Assembly: GCA_963848295.1 (NCBI GenBank)
Contig: CAWKDB010000010.1
Coordinates: 1,504,001-1,568,000, forward strand
Length of the DNA stretch: 64,000 nucleotides
Direction: 5' to 3'
Source of the DNA: an uncultured delta proteobacterium
GTDB lineage: Bacteria > Myxococcota_A > Polyangia > Haliangiales > Haliangiaceae
Under the pieces are notes generated by a model, which was not told the origin of the DNA, did not search any database, and saw only the letters and a program-made list of their open reading frames with translations. How positions within the stretch are numbered: the stretch's first letter is position 1; the number at the start of each line of letters is the position of its first letter. Shown here in pieces: positions 22,391 to 31,500 of this stretch. The translations under genes were made by a program, and so were the position numbers.

Positions 22391-23269
22391 ATGGACTCCA
22401 TCTTCGAACAAGAAGCCGATGAGGTTGGGGGAGAGATCGAAGCCTATTGCCCGTCCCCACGGTGCAAGGCCGACACGACCCACACCATCATAAGCATGTA
22501 CGAGGACGAGGTTCGCCGGGTCCAGTGCGTGGTGTGCGGCGAGGTCCACGCCTACCGGAAGCCGCGCGGCGACGGCACGGAGGACGGTGCCGATGGTGCC
22601 GGCAAGCGCGCCGCGGCCACCAAGGTCACGTGGGAAGCCGCCATGGGCCGCGCGACCGACACCGACCTCGCAAACTGCCGCCCGTACTCGATCCGCGACA
22701 CGTACGAAGACGGCGACGTCGTCCACCACCCGGTGTTCGACATCGGCTTCGTCATCGATCAGCTCCCCGATAACAAGGTCGAGGTGATCTTCCGCGACGG
22801 CGGGTCGCGCATCCTCGTCCACAACCGCGGCGATCTGGCCGCGCGCATGCCGGACATCAGCGAGATCCCGATCCCGCGCGAAGCGAAAAAGAAGAAACGC
22901 GCGAAGAAGCCCGAGAACGCGACCCCGGTGCCGGCGCGAAACAAGGCCGAGGTCGAGGCTGCGGTCGTGCGCGCCCGCGCTGCCGCCCAGGCGCGGATGG
23001 ACGAAGCGCAGCGATCGGCCGACGAGCGCAGCAAGAAGCTCAAGGCCGACAACAAGAAGCCCAAGGGCAAGCCGGCGGCGGCGAAGCCGGCCAAGGCTGC
23101 GAAGGCGGTCAAGCCCGCGAAGAAGGCCAAGCTCGCGAAGCCGGCCAAGCCCGCGAAAGCGAAGAAGCCCGCCAAGAAGGCTGCGAAGCCGGCGAAGAAG
23201 AAGCCGGCGGCCAAGAAGCCCGCGAAGAAGCCGGCCAAGAAGCCCGCGAAGCCGGCCAAGAAGAAGTAG
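22391..23269 (+). CDS. Hypothetical protein: Zn-ribbon, Tudor/SH3-like domain, histone-H1-like tail
   Basis: [31 protein letters not shown]; about 70-aa PAKK tail; SD-like GAGG upstream. Confidence 0.75.
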   Translation: MDSIFEQEADEVGGEIEAYCPSPRCKADTTHTIISMYEDEVRRVQCVVCGEVHAYRKPRGDGTEDGADGAGKRAAATKVTWEAAMGRATDTDLANCRPYSIRDTYEDGDVVHHPVFDIGFVIDQLPDNKVEVIFRDGGSRILVHNRGDLAARMPDISEIPIPREAKKKKRAKKPENATPVPARNKAEVEAAVVRARAAAQARMDEAQRSADERSKKLKADNKKPKGKPAAAKPAKAAKAVKPAKKAKLAKPAKPAKAKKPAKKAAKPAKKKPAAKKPAKKPAKKPAKPAKKK

Positions 23270-23311
23270 TAGGCCTGCTCGAATCGATCGATCGGAGCTC
23301 GCTACTTGTCG

Positions 23312-24352
23312 CTACTTGTCGCTAGGCGGCCGGATCTCGGGCTGCCGGAACGGCAGCAGCACGGTGAACTCGGTGAACTCCTCGAGCTGGGAGTCGACCG
23401 TGATGAGGCCGCCGTGGAGCTCGATCAGGCCGCGTGCGATGTAGAGGCCAAGGCCGGCGGAGTCAGGCCCGGCCGACGTGTGGTGCTTGGCCGGCTGCGC
23501 GTGCAGGAACGGATCGAAGATACGCTGGCGGTCTTCCTCGGCGATGCCGACGCCGTTGTCGCGAACCCGCAGGCGTGCCCAGCCACCGGGGAAGCGGTCG
23601 CGCGGTGCTTCGTCGACGCTGATCGCGATCTCGCCGCTCTCGGGAGTGTAGCGGATCGCGTTCGACACGAGGTTGACCGCGATCTGATGGATCTTGTCGC
23701 GGTCGGCATCGATCGAATCGATCGCGCCGATGTCGGTCGACAGGGTCTGGCTCTTCGCCCGGGCCAGGGGCAGCAGCTCGGTGACGACATCGGCCACGAC
23801 CTCGCCGAGCGCGACGAGCTCGCGCCGCATCACCATCCGGCCCGCTTCGATCCGGCTGACGTCGAGCATGTCATCGACCAGCCGCTTCAAGCGATGAGCG
23901 TTGCGCTGGACCGAGCTGATCGGGCGGGTCAATAACGGCGGGAGCTCGCCGAACCGGCCCTCGCTGAACAGATCGAGATAGCCGACGATGCTGGTCAGCG
24001 GCGTTCGGAGCTCGTGGGCCGCGATCGAGATGAACTCGGCGCGCAGCCGGCCTTGGCGCTCGAGCTCGGCGTTCTTCGCGCGGAGCTGGGCTTCGGATTC
24101 GGCGAGCGCGCGGGTGCGCTGGCGAACGATCTGATCGAGGTTCGAGCGCAGGGCCCGAAACTCGGCGCGCGCGGCCTCGACCTCGTGGGTCCGCTCCTCG
24201 AGCACGTGGCCGAGGCGGACCGCGGCATCGAACAGCTCGGCTTGGGTTGGAGGGGTCGTGCCCGCGCGCTCGAGCCGCGCGATCAGCACGTCGATCGTCC
24301 GGCGCGCCGCGGCGAGCTCGTCGTCGAGCTCGGCGATCCGATCGTCGCTCAT
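23312..24352 (-). CDS. Cytoplasmic histidine kinase with coiled-coil N-terminus
   Basis: [31 protein letters not shown]; start MSDDR overlaps the FIST stop. Confidence 0.9.
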   Translation of the reverse strand: MSDDRIAELDDELAAARRTIDVLIARLERAGTTPPTQAELFDAAVRLGHVLEERTHEVEAARAEFRALRSNLDQIVRQRTRALAESEAQLRAKNAELERQGRLRAEFISIAAHELRTPLTSIVGYLDLFSEGRFGELPPLLTRPISSVQRNAHRLKRLVDDMLDVSRIEAGRMVMRRELVALGEVVADVVTELLPLARAKSQTLSTDIGAIDSIDADRDKIHQIAVNLVSNAIRYTPESGEIAISVDEAPRDRFPGGWARLRVRDNGVGIAEEDRQRIFDPFLHAQPAKHHTSAGPDSAGLGLYIARGLIELHGGLITVDSQLEEFTEFTVLLPFRQPEIRPPSDK

Positions 24353-25479
24353 CGCCGCGCTCCGATCGCGAGCGCGGTGAGCGTGTGGTTGACCAGCAGC
24401 ATGCCGGACTGTTCGCCGAGCGAGTGAAACCCGATCGTGGGGTGCTCGCCGTAGGCCTGGGCGAGGTCGGCTTCGAGCCCGCGCGCGCGGGCATCCCAAT
24501 GCCGCGCCATACACGAGAAGGCGAGCAGCCCGCCGATCTGGCCGCCGACGCGCCGGGCCGCCTCGGCGAGGTGTGTCCGAGTCACGCCGACGAGATCGCC
24601 CGGCTTCATCAGCCGCAAGACGTGACCCGGCTCGACCGGTGCGGCCAGCCGGATCTGGGGGCCATCGAGCGCGAGCAGCGTGCGCACGTAAGGCACGCCG
24701 TCGATGAAGCGCGCGAGCGAGTACTCGACCGGGCGCGCGTCGTCGAGCGTCCCGCCGAGCCCCGCGACGAGATCGTGCAGCCGTGGGCCGGCCGGGCGGC
24801 CATCGAGCTCGTCGATCACGCGACCGGACGCCGCCGTGACCACCGTGCGCACGTCGGTCGCGACCATGTCGCATGAGGTGACGACGTCGAACGGCAAGCT
24901 GCAATCGAGCAGCACGATGATGCCGGCGTCGGCCAACACCTCGCCGTTGACCCACAAGCACGCGCGTGCGTTGCCGACGGCGCCCGCGGCGCCGCCGACC
25001 ATGTGAATCTGCGGCGCGATCGCAGCGGAGCCGATGCAGAACTCGTCGTCGTGCCCGGTCGATGGATCGACGAGCGTGAACGCGACGTGGCGGTCCGGCA
25101 CGAGCTCGACCGGGGTCGCGCCCAACGCCCGCGCCGCCCGCACGACGGCGTCGCGGCTGCGAACGAGCGGCGACTTCGAGAGCTCGGGCGCCACGCCGAT
25201 GCCGACCCGCACGGCCTCGCTCGACAACCCGATCGCGACCGCTGCGAGCTCGTCGCCCGCGATCGCCTGATCCCCGACCAGGCCCGCGGCCGAGCAACCG
25301 ACGGTCGCCGCAGGTGCCAGCCCGGCCGCGAGCCGGCGCGCGAGCACGCCGAGATCGAGGGTGTCGGCGGCGAACACCACGGCGAGGGCGAGATCGGGCG
25401 CGGCGAGGCGTTCGATCAGCTCGTCCGCGACGTGCGTGGCGTCGTTACCGCGTACCGACACCGGTCGTGCGATGGACAC
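24349..25479 (-). CDS. FIST N/C domain protein (NosP-like)
   Basis: [46 protein letters not shown]. Confidence 0.85.
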   Translation of the reverse strand: MSIARPVSVRGNDATHVADELIERLAAPDLALAVVFAADTLDLGVLARRLAAGLAPAATVGCSAAGLVGDQAIAGDELAAVAIGLSSEAVRVGIGVAPELSKSPLVRSRDAVVRAARALGATPVELVPDRHVAFTLVDPSTGHDDEFCIGSAAIAPQIHMVGGAAGAVGNARACLWVNGEVLADAGIIVLLDCSLPFDVVTSCDMVATDVRTVVTAASGRVIDELDGRPAGPRLHDLVAGLGGTLDDARPVEYSLARFIDGVPYVRTLLALDGPQIRLAAPVEPGHVLRLMKPGDLVGVTRTHLAEAARRVGGQIGGLLAFSCMARHWDARARGLEADLAQAYGEHPTIGFHSLGEQSGMLLVNHTLTALAIGARR

Positions 25480-25550
25480 GCGGCCACTATAGCTCCGATC
25501 GCGAGGCCGAAAAGTTGCCCGCAAACCGTCGATGCCGCTTCGATAAGGGG

Positions 25551-26507
25551 ATGGAGAAGACGTGCAGCGCATGCGGGCAAGCGTTTCGACCCGCCTTCGT
25601 GTTTCAGATCGCGGTGACCCCGGGCGGAGAGAAGAATCACTTCTGCTCGCTCGAGTGTCGTCAATCCGCGCTGGGCACCGAGGCGTTCCGCGCGAAGCGG
25701 GCGAGGCGGATCGCGATCCTCAACCAGAAGGGCGGCACCGGCAAGACGACGACCGCCGTCAACCTCGCGGCCGGTCTCGCCGAACGCGAACAAGATGTCT
25801 TGCTCGTCGACACCGACGCGCAGGGCAACGTCGGTGTCTCGCTCGGCGTCGCGGGAGAGCGCTCGCTCTACCACGTGCTCGTCGACGGCGCCGAACCGTC
25901 CGACATCAGCGTGCCGGTGCGCCAGCACCTCGACGTCATCACGTCGGACGCCACGCTCGCGGCCGCCGAGATCTGGCTCGCCCATCAGGCGGCGGACGCG
26001 CGGTCGCGAATCCTCACGAAGCGGCTGAACATGATGGCGGTCTCGCGCCGGTACGACTACGTGATCATCGACTGCGGCCCATCGCTCAATCTGCTCAACC
26101 AGAACGCGCTGTCGTACGCCGATGAGGTCATCGTCCCGGTGACCTGCGACTACCTCGCGCTCGTCGGCGTCAAGCAGGTGCTACGCACGGTCCGTGATGT
26201 CGAGCGCCACCTGGGCCACTCGGTGCGGATCGCCGCGGTGCTGCCGACGTTCTACGATGGACGGACCCGGCTCGCCCGCGAAGTCCTCGAGACCCTGCAG
26301 AACCACTTCAAGACGAAGTGTCTCGAGCCGATTCGCCACAACACGCGACTCGCGGAGGCCCCGAGTCACAAGAAGACGATCTTCGAGTACGCGCCGATCT
26401 CGCACGGCGCCGCTGACTACAACCGCGTCGTCGATTGGGTGCTCGCGACGACGGCCTCGGCTTCGACCACCCTCCACCCGGAGCCCGGCGCTCCGATTGC
26501 CGCTTGA
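25551..26507 (+). CDS. ParA/Soj family ATPase with N-terminal Cys4 (TRASH-like) domain
   Basis: [10 protein letters not shown] deviant Walker [22 protein letters not shown]-terminal CSAC..FCSLEC. Confidence 0.9.
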   Translation: MEKTCSACGQAFRPAFVFQIAVTPGGEKNHFCSLECRQSALGTEAFRAKRARRIAILNQKGGTGKTTTAVNLAAGLAEREQDVLLVDTDAQGNVGVSLGVAGERSLYHVLVDGAEPSDISVPVRQHLDVITSDATLAAAEIWLAHQAADARSRILTKRLNMMAVSRRYDYVIIDCGPSLNLLNQNALSYADEVIVPVTCDYLALVGVKQVLRTVRDVERHLGHSVRIAAVLPTFYDGRTRLAREVLETLQNHFKTKCLEPIRHNTRLAEAPSHKKTIFEYAPISHGAADYNRVVDWVLATTASASTTLHPEPGAPIAA

Positions 26508-26515
26508 GGTCGTAA

Positions 26516-26815
26516 ATGAAAGAAGAAAAACTCATGGCCCACGACCCGCTCAGCGACGCCGACGCGATCCTCAGCGAGGAATACTACGGTCGCCGCCCGG
26601 CGAACGGCCCGGTCGCCGCGAAGCGCCCGAAGCAACCGCGGCCGACCCACTACAAGGTCATCTGCATCTCGATCTACACGCGCGATCTCGAAGAGCTCGA
26701 TGCGAAGGTGGCCGAGCTCAAGCGCCGCGGCTGGACGAAAGCGAACAAGTCGCAGCTGATCCGACTCGCGCTGTCGCAGGTCGACCTCGACAAGCTCGCG
26801 ACGCCGCGCCAGTAG
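26516..26815 (+). CDS. Small ribbon-helix-helix-like protein (putative ParA partner)
   Basis: Disordered N-terminus, then KVICISI (beta), [12 protein letters not shown] (helix), [10 protein letters not shown] (helix); 8 bp after ParA. Confidence 0.65.
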   Translation: MKEEKLMAHDPLSDADAILSEEYYGRRPANGPVAAKRPKQPRPTHYKVICISIYTRDLEELDAKVAELKRRGWTKANKSQLIRLALSQVDLDKLATPRQ

Positions 26816-26819
26816 CGGG

Positions 26820-28649
26820 TCAGAGCTTGCGCACGATGCCGAACATCAGCGTGTTGAACATGTCGCTGCGCGTCGTATCGGTGCCGGTGTGGACGCGCGC
26901 GCTGGTCATCACGGGCGCGCCAAAGTCGTAGCTCGTCAGGACGAGGTCATAGCTCAGGCGGAAGTCGTACTCCGGCCGCCAGTGGTAGTTGAACACGGCG
27001 CCGATCAAGTACGCGGTCGCGCTCGGAGACCCGCCATCTTCGAGGTTCTTCGTCTGGGACACGCCGAAATCGATCAGCTCGGCGTCGAGGTTGACCGCCG
27101 CGCCGATCTTGTCGGTCAGCCGTGGAATCGCGAGCGCCATGCCGATCGTCATGCCGGCGTAGGTCTCCGACGGCATCAACGCGGTGTTCTTGGTCATGTC
27201 GTTGAAGTCGTGGATCTGGATCGCCTCGTAGCGCATGCCGAGGCGACCGTAGAGCACCATGCCGTTCGGCTTGTGGAAGTCGTAGCCCGCCATGCCGCGA
27301 AGCTTGAAGTCGGTGAGCGCGAAGCCCGACGTCGTCATGGCCGCGGTCATCGGCAGCTGGACGCCAACCGACGAGGTCGTGCTCCCGTACATGTATTCGA
27401 GGTCGGCCCCGAGCACGTACTTCTTCTTGTACGGATACAAGATCGTGCCGCCGAGCGTGATGCCCACACTCGACGTGCTGTCCTTGTAGTTGTCGAGCGT
27501 ACCGGTGCCGCCAGCCGACGCCAGGCTCTGGCTGATGAACGTCAGGCCGAGCCGCGCGGTCAGGTCGATCACTCGCGCCGTCATGCCGGATGCTCCGCCG
27601 CCGACATCGAGCTTCGACGATTCAATCCACCCGGCGTCGCCCTCTTCGCTCGACACGAAGGTCCACTTGCCTTTGACCTCGTCGGGATAGAGCACGTCCG
27701 CGGGTTTCGCGACAAACGCCTCGTCGCTGTCGGCGTTCGGGTCGTTGTAGACCGAGGACTTCTCGCTGACGTGCGCGATCTTGCGATCGTCGTCGCTCTG
27801 GTCGTTGCCTTTGTCGTCGTCGCCCTTGTCGCCCTTGTCGCCCTGGTCGCCTTTGTCGCCCTGGTCGCTCTTGCTGTCCGTGGCGTCGCTGCTGTCGTCA
27901 TCGTCGTCGTCGTCCGACTCCTTGACGTCGTCCTTGCCCTTGGGTGCGGGCTTCGCCGCCGCTTTGGCCGCGGGCTTCTTGCCTTTGTCGAGCTTGGTAT
28001 CGTCGTCGTCGTCGTCATCGTCGGCCTTGGCCTTGGTGCTCTTCGCCGCGGGCTTCGCCGCCGGCTTCTTGCCCTTATCGACTTTGTCGACCTTGACGTC
28101 ATCTTCGTCATCGTCGTCATCGTCGACGGGTTTGGCTTTCGGCCTCTTGCCCTTGTCGGGCTTGCTGGCTTTGTCGCCCTTGTCGGCTTTGTCGCCCTTG
28201 TCGGCTTTGTCGCCCTTGTCGGCTTTGTCGCCCTTGTCGGCTTTGTCGCCCTTGTCGGTGTCATCGTCGTCCGGCTTCTGAACATTGTCGCCGACCGCAT
28301 CGGCGCCGACGCGATCGTCCGGGCCCTGCTCGCCGTCGAACCCGCGCTTCGTGCCGCGCCCATCGACGAACGGTCGGCGGCGGGTGTTGCGCGCGATCGT
28401 CGCGCCCTCCGGCATATCGACCTTGGTCCGGGTGACGTAGCCGGTCCGTCCCTGGACCCGAACCTTGATCCAGCGGCCGTTCTCCGACAACAGCGTCATC
28501 GCCTGGCCCTCTTTGAGCTTGAGAATGACCTTCTCTTGCTCGCCTGGCCTCGCGAACAACTTCGCTTCCTGGTTCGTGCGTACCTTGTCGGCAAACGCAT
28601 GACCGGAGACCCCGAGGACGACGCACAAAACGACGGCGCTCACCCGCAT
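26820..28649 (-). CDS. Secreted SH3b-domain protein with D/K-rich linker and C-terminal beta-barrel-like domain
   Basis: Signal peptide; ENGRWIKVRVQGRTGYV and KGKWTFV..GDAGWIESS SH3b motifs; alternating amphipathic strands at the C-terminus. Confidence 0.7.
   Translation of the reverse strand: MRVSAVVLCVVLGVSGHAFADKVRTNQEAKLFARPGEQEKVILKLKEGQAMTLLSENGRWIKVRVQGRTGYVTRTKVDMPEGATIARNTRRRPFVDGRGTKRGFDGEQGPDDRVGADAVGDNVQKPDDDDTDKGDKADKGDKADKGDKADKGDKADKGDKASKPDKGKRPKAKPVDDDDDDEDDVKVDKVDKGKKPAAKPAAKSTKAKADDDDDDDDTKLDKGKKPAAKAAAKPAPKGKDDVKESDDDDDDDSSDATDSKSDQGDKGDQGDKGDKGDDDKGNDQSDDDRKIAHVSEKSSVYNDPNADSDEAFVAKPADVLYPDEVKGKWTFVSSEEGDAGWIESSKLDVGGGASGMTARVIDLTARLGLTFISQSLASAGGTGTLDNYKDSTSSVGITLGGTILYPYKKKYVLGADLEYMYGSTTSSVGVQLPMTAAMTTSGFALTDFKLRGMAGYDFHKPNGMVLYGRLGMRYEAIQIHDFNDMTKNTALMPSETYAGMTIGMALAIPRLTDKIGAAVNLDAELIDFGVSQTKNLEDGGSPSATAYLIGAVFNYHWRPEYDFRLSYDLVLTSYDFGAPVMTSARVHTGTDTTRSDMFNTLMFGIVRKL
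28167..28256 (-). repeat. Five perfect 18-bp tandem repeats encoding DKGDKA
   Basis: (GGCTTTGTCGCCCTTGTC)5 on the + strand, counted directly. Confidence 0.95.
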
Positions 28650-28807
28650 CGGTCTCGTATTGTAACCGACCGGAGGCCGCCAGGCCGGGATTTCGAGACG
28701 ATCCGTCGGGCAATCCTCTGAAATCAGCCGCAAATGTCGCTGCCAGCCAAGGGAGGATCGAGCGCCGATGTCCGTAGAAAGAACGCGTTAAAGTAAAGGC
28801 GCACGCC

Positions 28808-29746
28808 ATGCCCGACACGACTAACAAGCGCTCGTACTCGGCCGGCCACTTCCAGCTCGACATCGACGGGCAGGAGACGACCGCGTATCTCAAGACCGTC
28901 GACGGCGGTTACGTCAAGGCGACGACGATCGACGAGCCGATCGGGCCGTACAACCTGCGGGTCAAGCACACGTCGGTCACCGACATCGATCCGATCTCGT
29001 TCGAGTTCGGCCTCGCCGGCTCGAACCACGTGCTCGAGTGGATCCGCTCGTCGTGGAAGAAGCAGTGGAGCCGGCGCAACGGCCAGATCACGCACGCCGA
29101 CTTCAACATGTACCGGACGTTCGAGCACGAGTTCACGCAGGCGCTGATCACCGAGACGACGTTCCCCTCGCTCGACGCCGCGTCGAAAGAGGCCGCATAC
29201 ATCAAGGTCAAGCTCCAGCCCGAAGCGGTCGCGCATCGCAAGCCGAAGAGCGCGACTCAGATCCGGCCGAAGATCGGCCCGAAACAAAAGATGTGGGTGC
29301 CGTCGGCGTTCCAGCTCAAGATCGACGGCATCGATGGGCTCGAGTGGGTCAGCAAGATCGAGTCGTTCACGATCAAGCAGGGCGTGAAGTGGCTCAAGCC
29401 CGGCGACGAGAAGTATCGCGCACACGGTCAGGTCGAGCCGACGAAGATCGAGTTCCCGAACCTGGTGTGCTCGATGTCGCTCCAGTACGCCGACGCGGTC
29501 CTCAAGTGGTACGAGGACGCGGTCGTCGTGGGCCAGAGCGACGACACGTCGCAGCGCAACGGCTCGATCGAGTTCCTCGATCCGACGCGCAAGAAGGTGC
29601 TGTTCCGGCTCAAGCTGTCCGAGGTCGGGATCTTCCATCTCGCGATGGAGCAATCGACCGCGAACGCCGAGGCGATCAAGAAGATCAAGTTCCAGTTGTT
29701 CGTCGGAGAGATGGATCTCGACGGCAACCTGGGGATGGACTCCTAG
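28808..29746 (+). CDS. Phage/eCIS tail-tube protein (T4 gp19/Afp1-5-like), two tandem domains
   Basis: Two halves with FQLDIDG/FQLKIDG, VLEW/VLKW, RRNGQI/QRNGSI, and SLDAASKEAA..KL typical of gp19-family tubes. Confidence 0.75.
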   Translation: MPDTTNKRSYSAGHFQLDIDGQETTAYLKTVDGGYVKATTIDEPIGPYNLRVKHTSVTDIDPISFEFGLAGSNHVLEWIRSSWKKQWSRRNGQITHADFNMYRTFEHEFTQALITETTFPSLDAASKEAAYIKVKLQPEAVAHRKPKSATQIRPKIGPKQKMWVPSAFQLKIDGIDGLEWVSKIESFTIKQGVKWLKPGDEKYRAHGQVEPTKIEFPNLVCSMSLQYADAVLKWYEDAVVVGQSDDTSQRNGSIEFLDPTRKKVLFRLKLSEVGIFHLAMEQSTANAEAIKKIKFQLFVGEMDLDGNLGMDS

Positions 29747-29782
29747 CAACAACGCGATCCCTCCGCATCGCCGCCTCCCATC

Positions 29783-31333
29783 TCATTTCGTCGTGAGATT
29801 GACGGGTGCGCTCTTGATCACGTTCTTGTCGGCGTCGACGGCGAGTACGGTCAGTCGGTGTGCGCCGGTGCTCATGGAATAGCTCGTGCTCAACGTGGTC
29901 GCCCCGTTCGCCGGATACACGTTGCCGAGCTTGGTGCCGTCGAGCCATGCCTCGAAGTGACCGAGCCCGATCTCGCCCGAATACGAAGCCTCGACGGGAA
30001 CGGGGCTCGAGACGGTTGCACCTTGGGCGGGCTCGTGCACCGTGACCGAGCCCAGCGAAGCCGTCGAGTCTTCGAACGGGATCGTGTACGCGTTGTATCC
30101 ATCCGTTCGAGTCGCGACCGGCACCACGGGATGGCCCGACGAGTCCTTCGGGAATCGCGAAGGATGGTCGGCCGCCGGCGGCGAATACGTGAACGTCTTC
30201 AACGTGCCGGCCGATGGCGAAATCGTGTACATGCGGAGATAGCCATTTCCGAAATACCCGTTTTTGCCCTGACCTTGGTAGTCCGAGACGATCTGATCGA
30301 TGCGCTGCCCCGTCGGTGCGATCTCGGTTCGATAGCCGACGCCGTTGTTATCGGGAGCGATCGTGCCGGGATTCGGCCCCCTGAAATGACCATTGACGAC
30401 CAGCACGATGTTCTTGTGAAGGGACACGAACTTCGTCCACATGTCATCGCCGTTGTTGCCGTTGTCGCACGACGCCGTGACCGCCTTCGGGCACGCATGG
30501 GCGCCGGTACAGATCTCTGCGCACGACGGAGAGAGATGATACGACTCGGCGGAGTCGGGATCACCGAGCTTGACGCGATGCCCGCTACCGGGTGCGCCCG
30601 TGTCGGGAAACAAGTAGGCATGCATCGCGACGATGACCGGCAGATCTGGATTGTCGTTCAGGATCGTATTGGCCCACGCCAACACCGAATCGCGCGGATA
30701 GAACTCGAGTGCCATCACGAGATAGTTCTTCCCGCCGAGCTCGACGATGTTGTAGAAGTTCGCATTGCTGGTTGGGTTCATCCGGCCGCCGTGAAACCAA
30801 CTCTTGCCCGCGTAGCGGCTCGGACCAAACCATTTGTCGAAGTTGCTCGTGCTTCGTGATTGGGGAAGTCCGTCGTTGTGCTCGGCCTCGCAATCGTAGT
30901 CGTGATTACCGATCGCCATCTCATAGGGGATGTTCGCGTCGTCGAGCAGCTTGATCGCGTTGTCGGCGCGCGTCCATTGCGTCGCAGAGCTTGCCTCGGG
31001 CGCGATTCGGCAAGCGAGCTCGCCGCTCGGGCGTGACCCGCCGTCGTCGGTGATATCGCCGAGCCCGATCACGAGCTGGATCTTCTTGTCGGCGTCGTCG
31101 TGATGCGCGACGACCCAGCTCACCTGATCATTGAATGGCCACGAGTAATGCGAGTTCGCCGGGTCAGGATATCCAGACGAGTAGTACTGAGTATCCGGCA
31201 GCACGACGATCGAAAACGAGTCTGCAGAGAGTGCTTCGGTCGAGCTCGTCTCAGACGTGTCGGACGTGTCTGCGCAGGAGGCGACGGACAGCATCGTTAC
31301 AGCGACGCAACACACAGCGATCCGAGTTCTCAT
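29783..31333 (-). CDS. Calcineurin-like metallophosphoesterase lipoprotein with C-terminal Ig-like domain
   Basis: LPDTQYY, LGDITD, IGNHDY, MHAYL, NGHF; VASC lipobox; PAQGATVSSPV..GAHRLTVLAVD Ig-like domain. Confidence 0.85.
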   Translation of the reverse strand: MRTRIAVCCVAVTMLSVASCADTSDTSETSSTEALSADSFSIVVLPDTQYYSSGYPDPANSHYSWPFNDQVSWVVAHHDDADKKIQLVIGLGDITDDGGSRPSGELACRIAPEASSATQWTRADNAIKLLDDANIPYEMAIGNHDYDCEAEHNDGLPQSRSTSNFDKWFGPSRYAGKSWFHGGRMNPTSNANFYNIVELGGKNYLVMALEFYPRDSVLAWANTILNDNPDLPVIVAMHAYLFPDTGAPGSGHRVKLGDPDSAESYHLSPSCAEICTGAHACPKAVTASCDNGNNGDDMWTKFVSLHKNIVLVVNGHFRGPNPGTIAPDNNGVGYRTEIAPTGQRIDQIVSDYQGQGKNGYFGNGYLRMYTISPSAGTLKTFTYSPPAADHPSRFPKDSSGHPVVPVATRTDGYNAYTIPFEDSTASLGSVTVHEPAQGATVSSPVPVEASYSGEIGLGHFEAWLDGTKLGNVYPANGATTLSTSYSMSTGAHRLTVLAVDADKNVIKSAPVNLTTK

Positions 31334-31346
31334 GTGCGGTGCCCTG

Positions 31347-31363
31347 AGCAAATGGCGCGCCGA
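31347..31363 (-). promoter_or_regulatory. Putative sigma54 -24/-12 promoter
   Basis: TCGGCGCGCCATTTGCT (GG-N10-GC), 13 nt upstream of ATG 31333. Confidence 0.5.
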
Positions 31364-31500
31364 CACCTACATCGAGCCGTTTCAAACGAAGTTCATGCGT
31401 TGGCGCCGTGCTTCGCGGGGGAAGTCTCCCCACGTGGCGGGCGAATACCTCATTTGCTTTGGCAACGTGACAACGACGTAACACCTGCAGCTCGTCGGAG

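Noticed and set aside
25551..26815. Chromosomal parAB/origin region or integrated plasmid
   Set aside because: No parB, parS-like palindrome noticed, no dnaA/gidAB and no rep gene; composition matches the host
28730..28746. sigma54-like TGGCAGCGACATTTGC on the minus strand
   Set aside because: The GG-to-GC spacing is 11 rather than the strictly required 10
28808..29746. Prophage or complete T6SS/eCIS locus around the tail-tube gene
   Set aside because: No integrase, capsid, terminase, sheath, baseplate, VgrG or Tss genes are recognisable in the window
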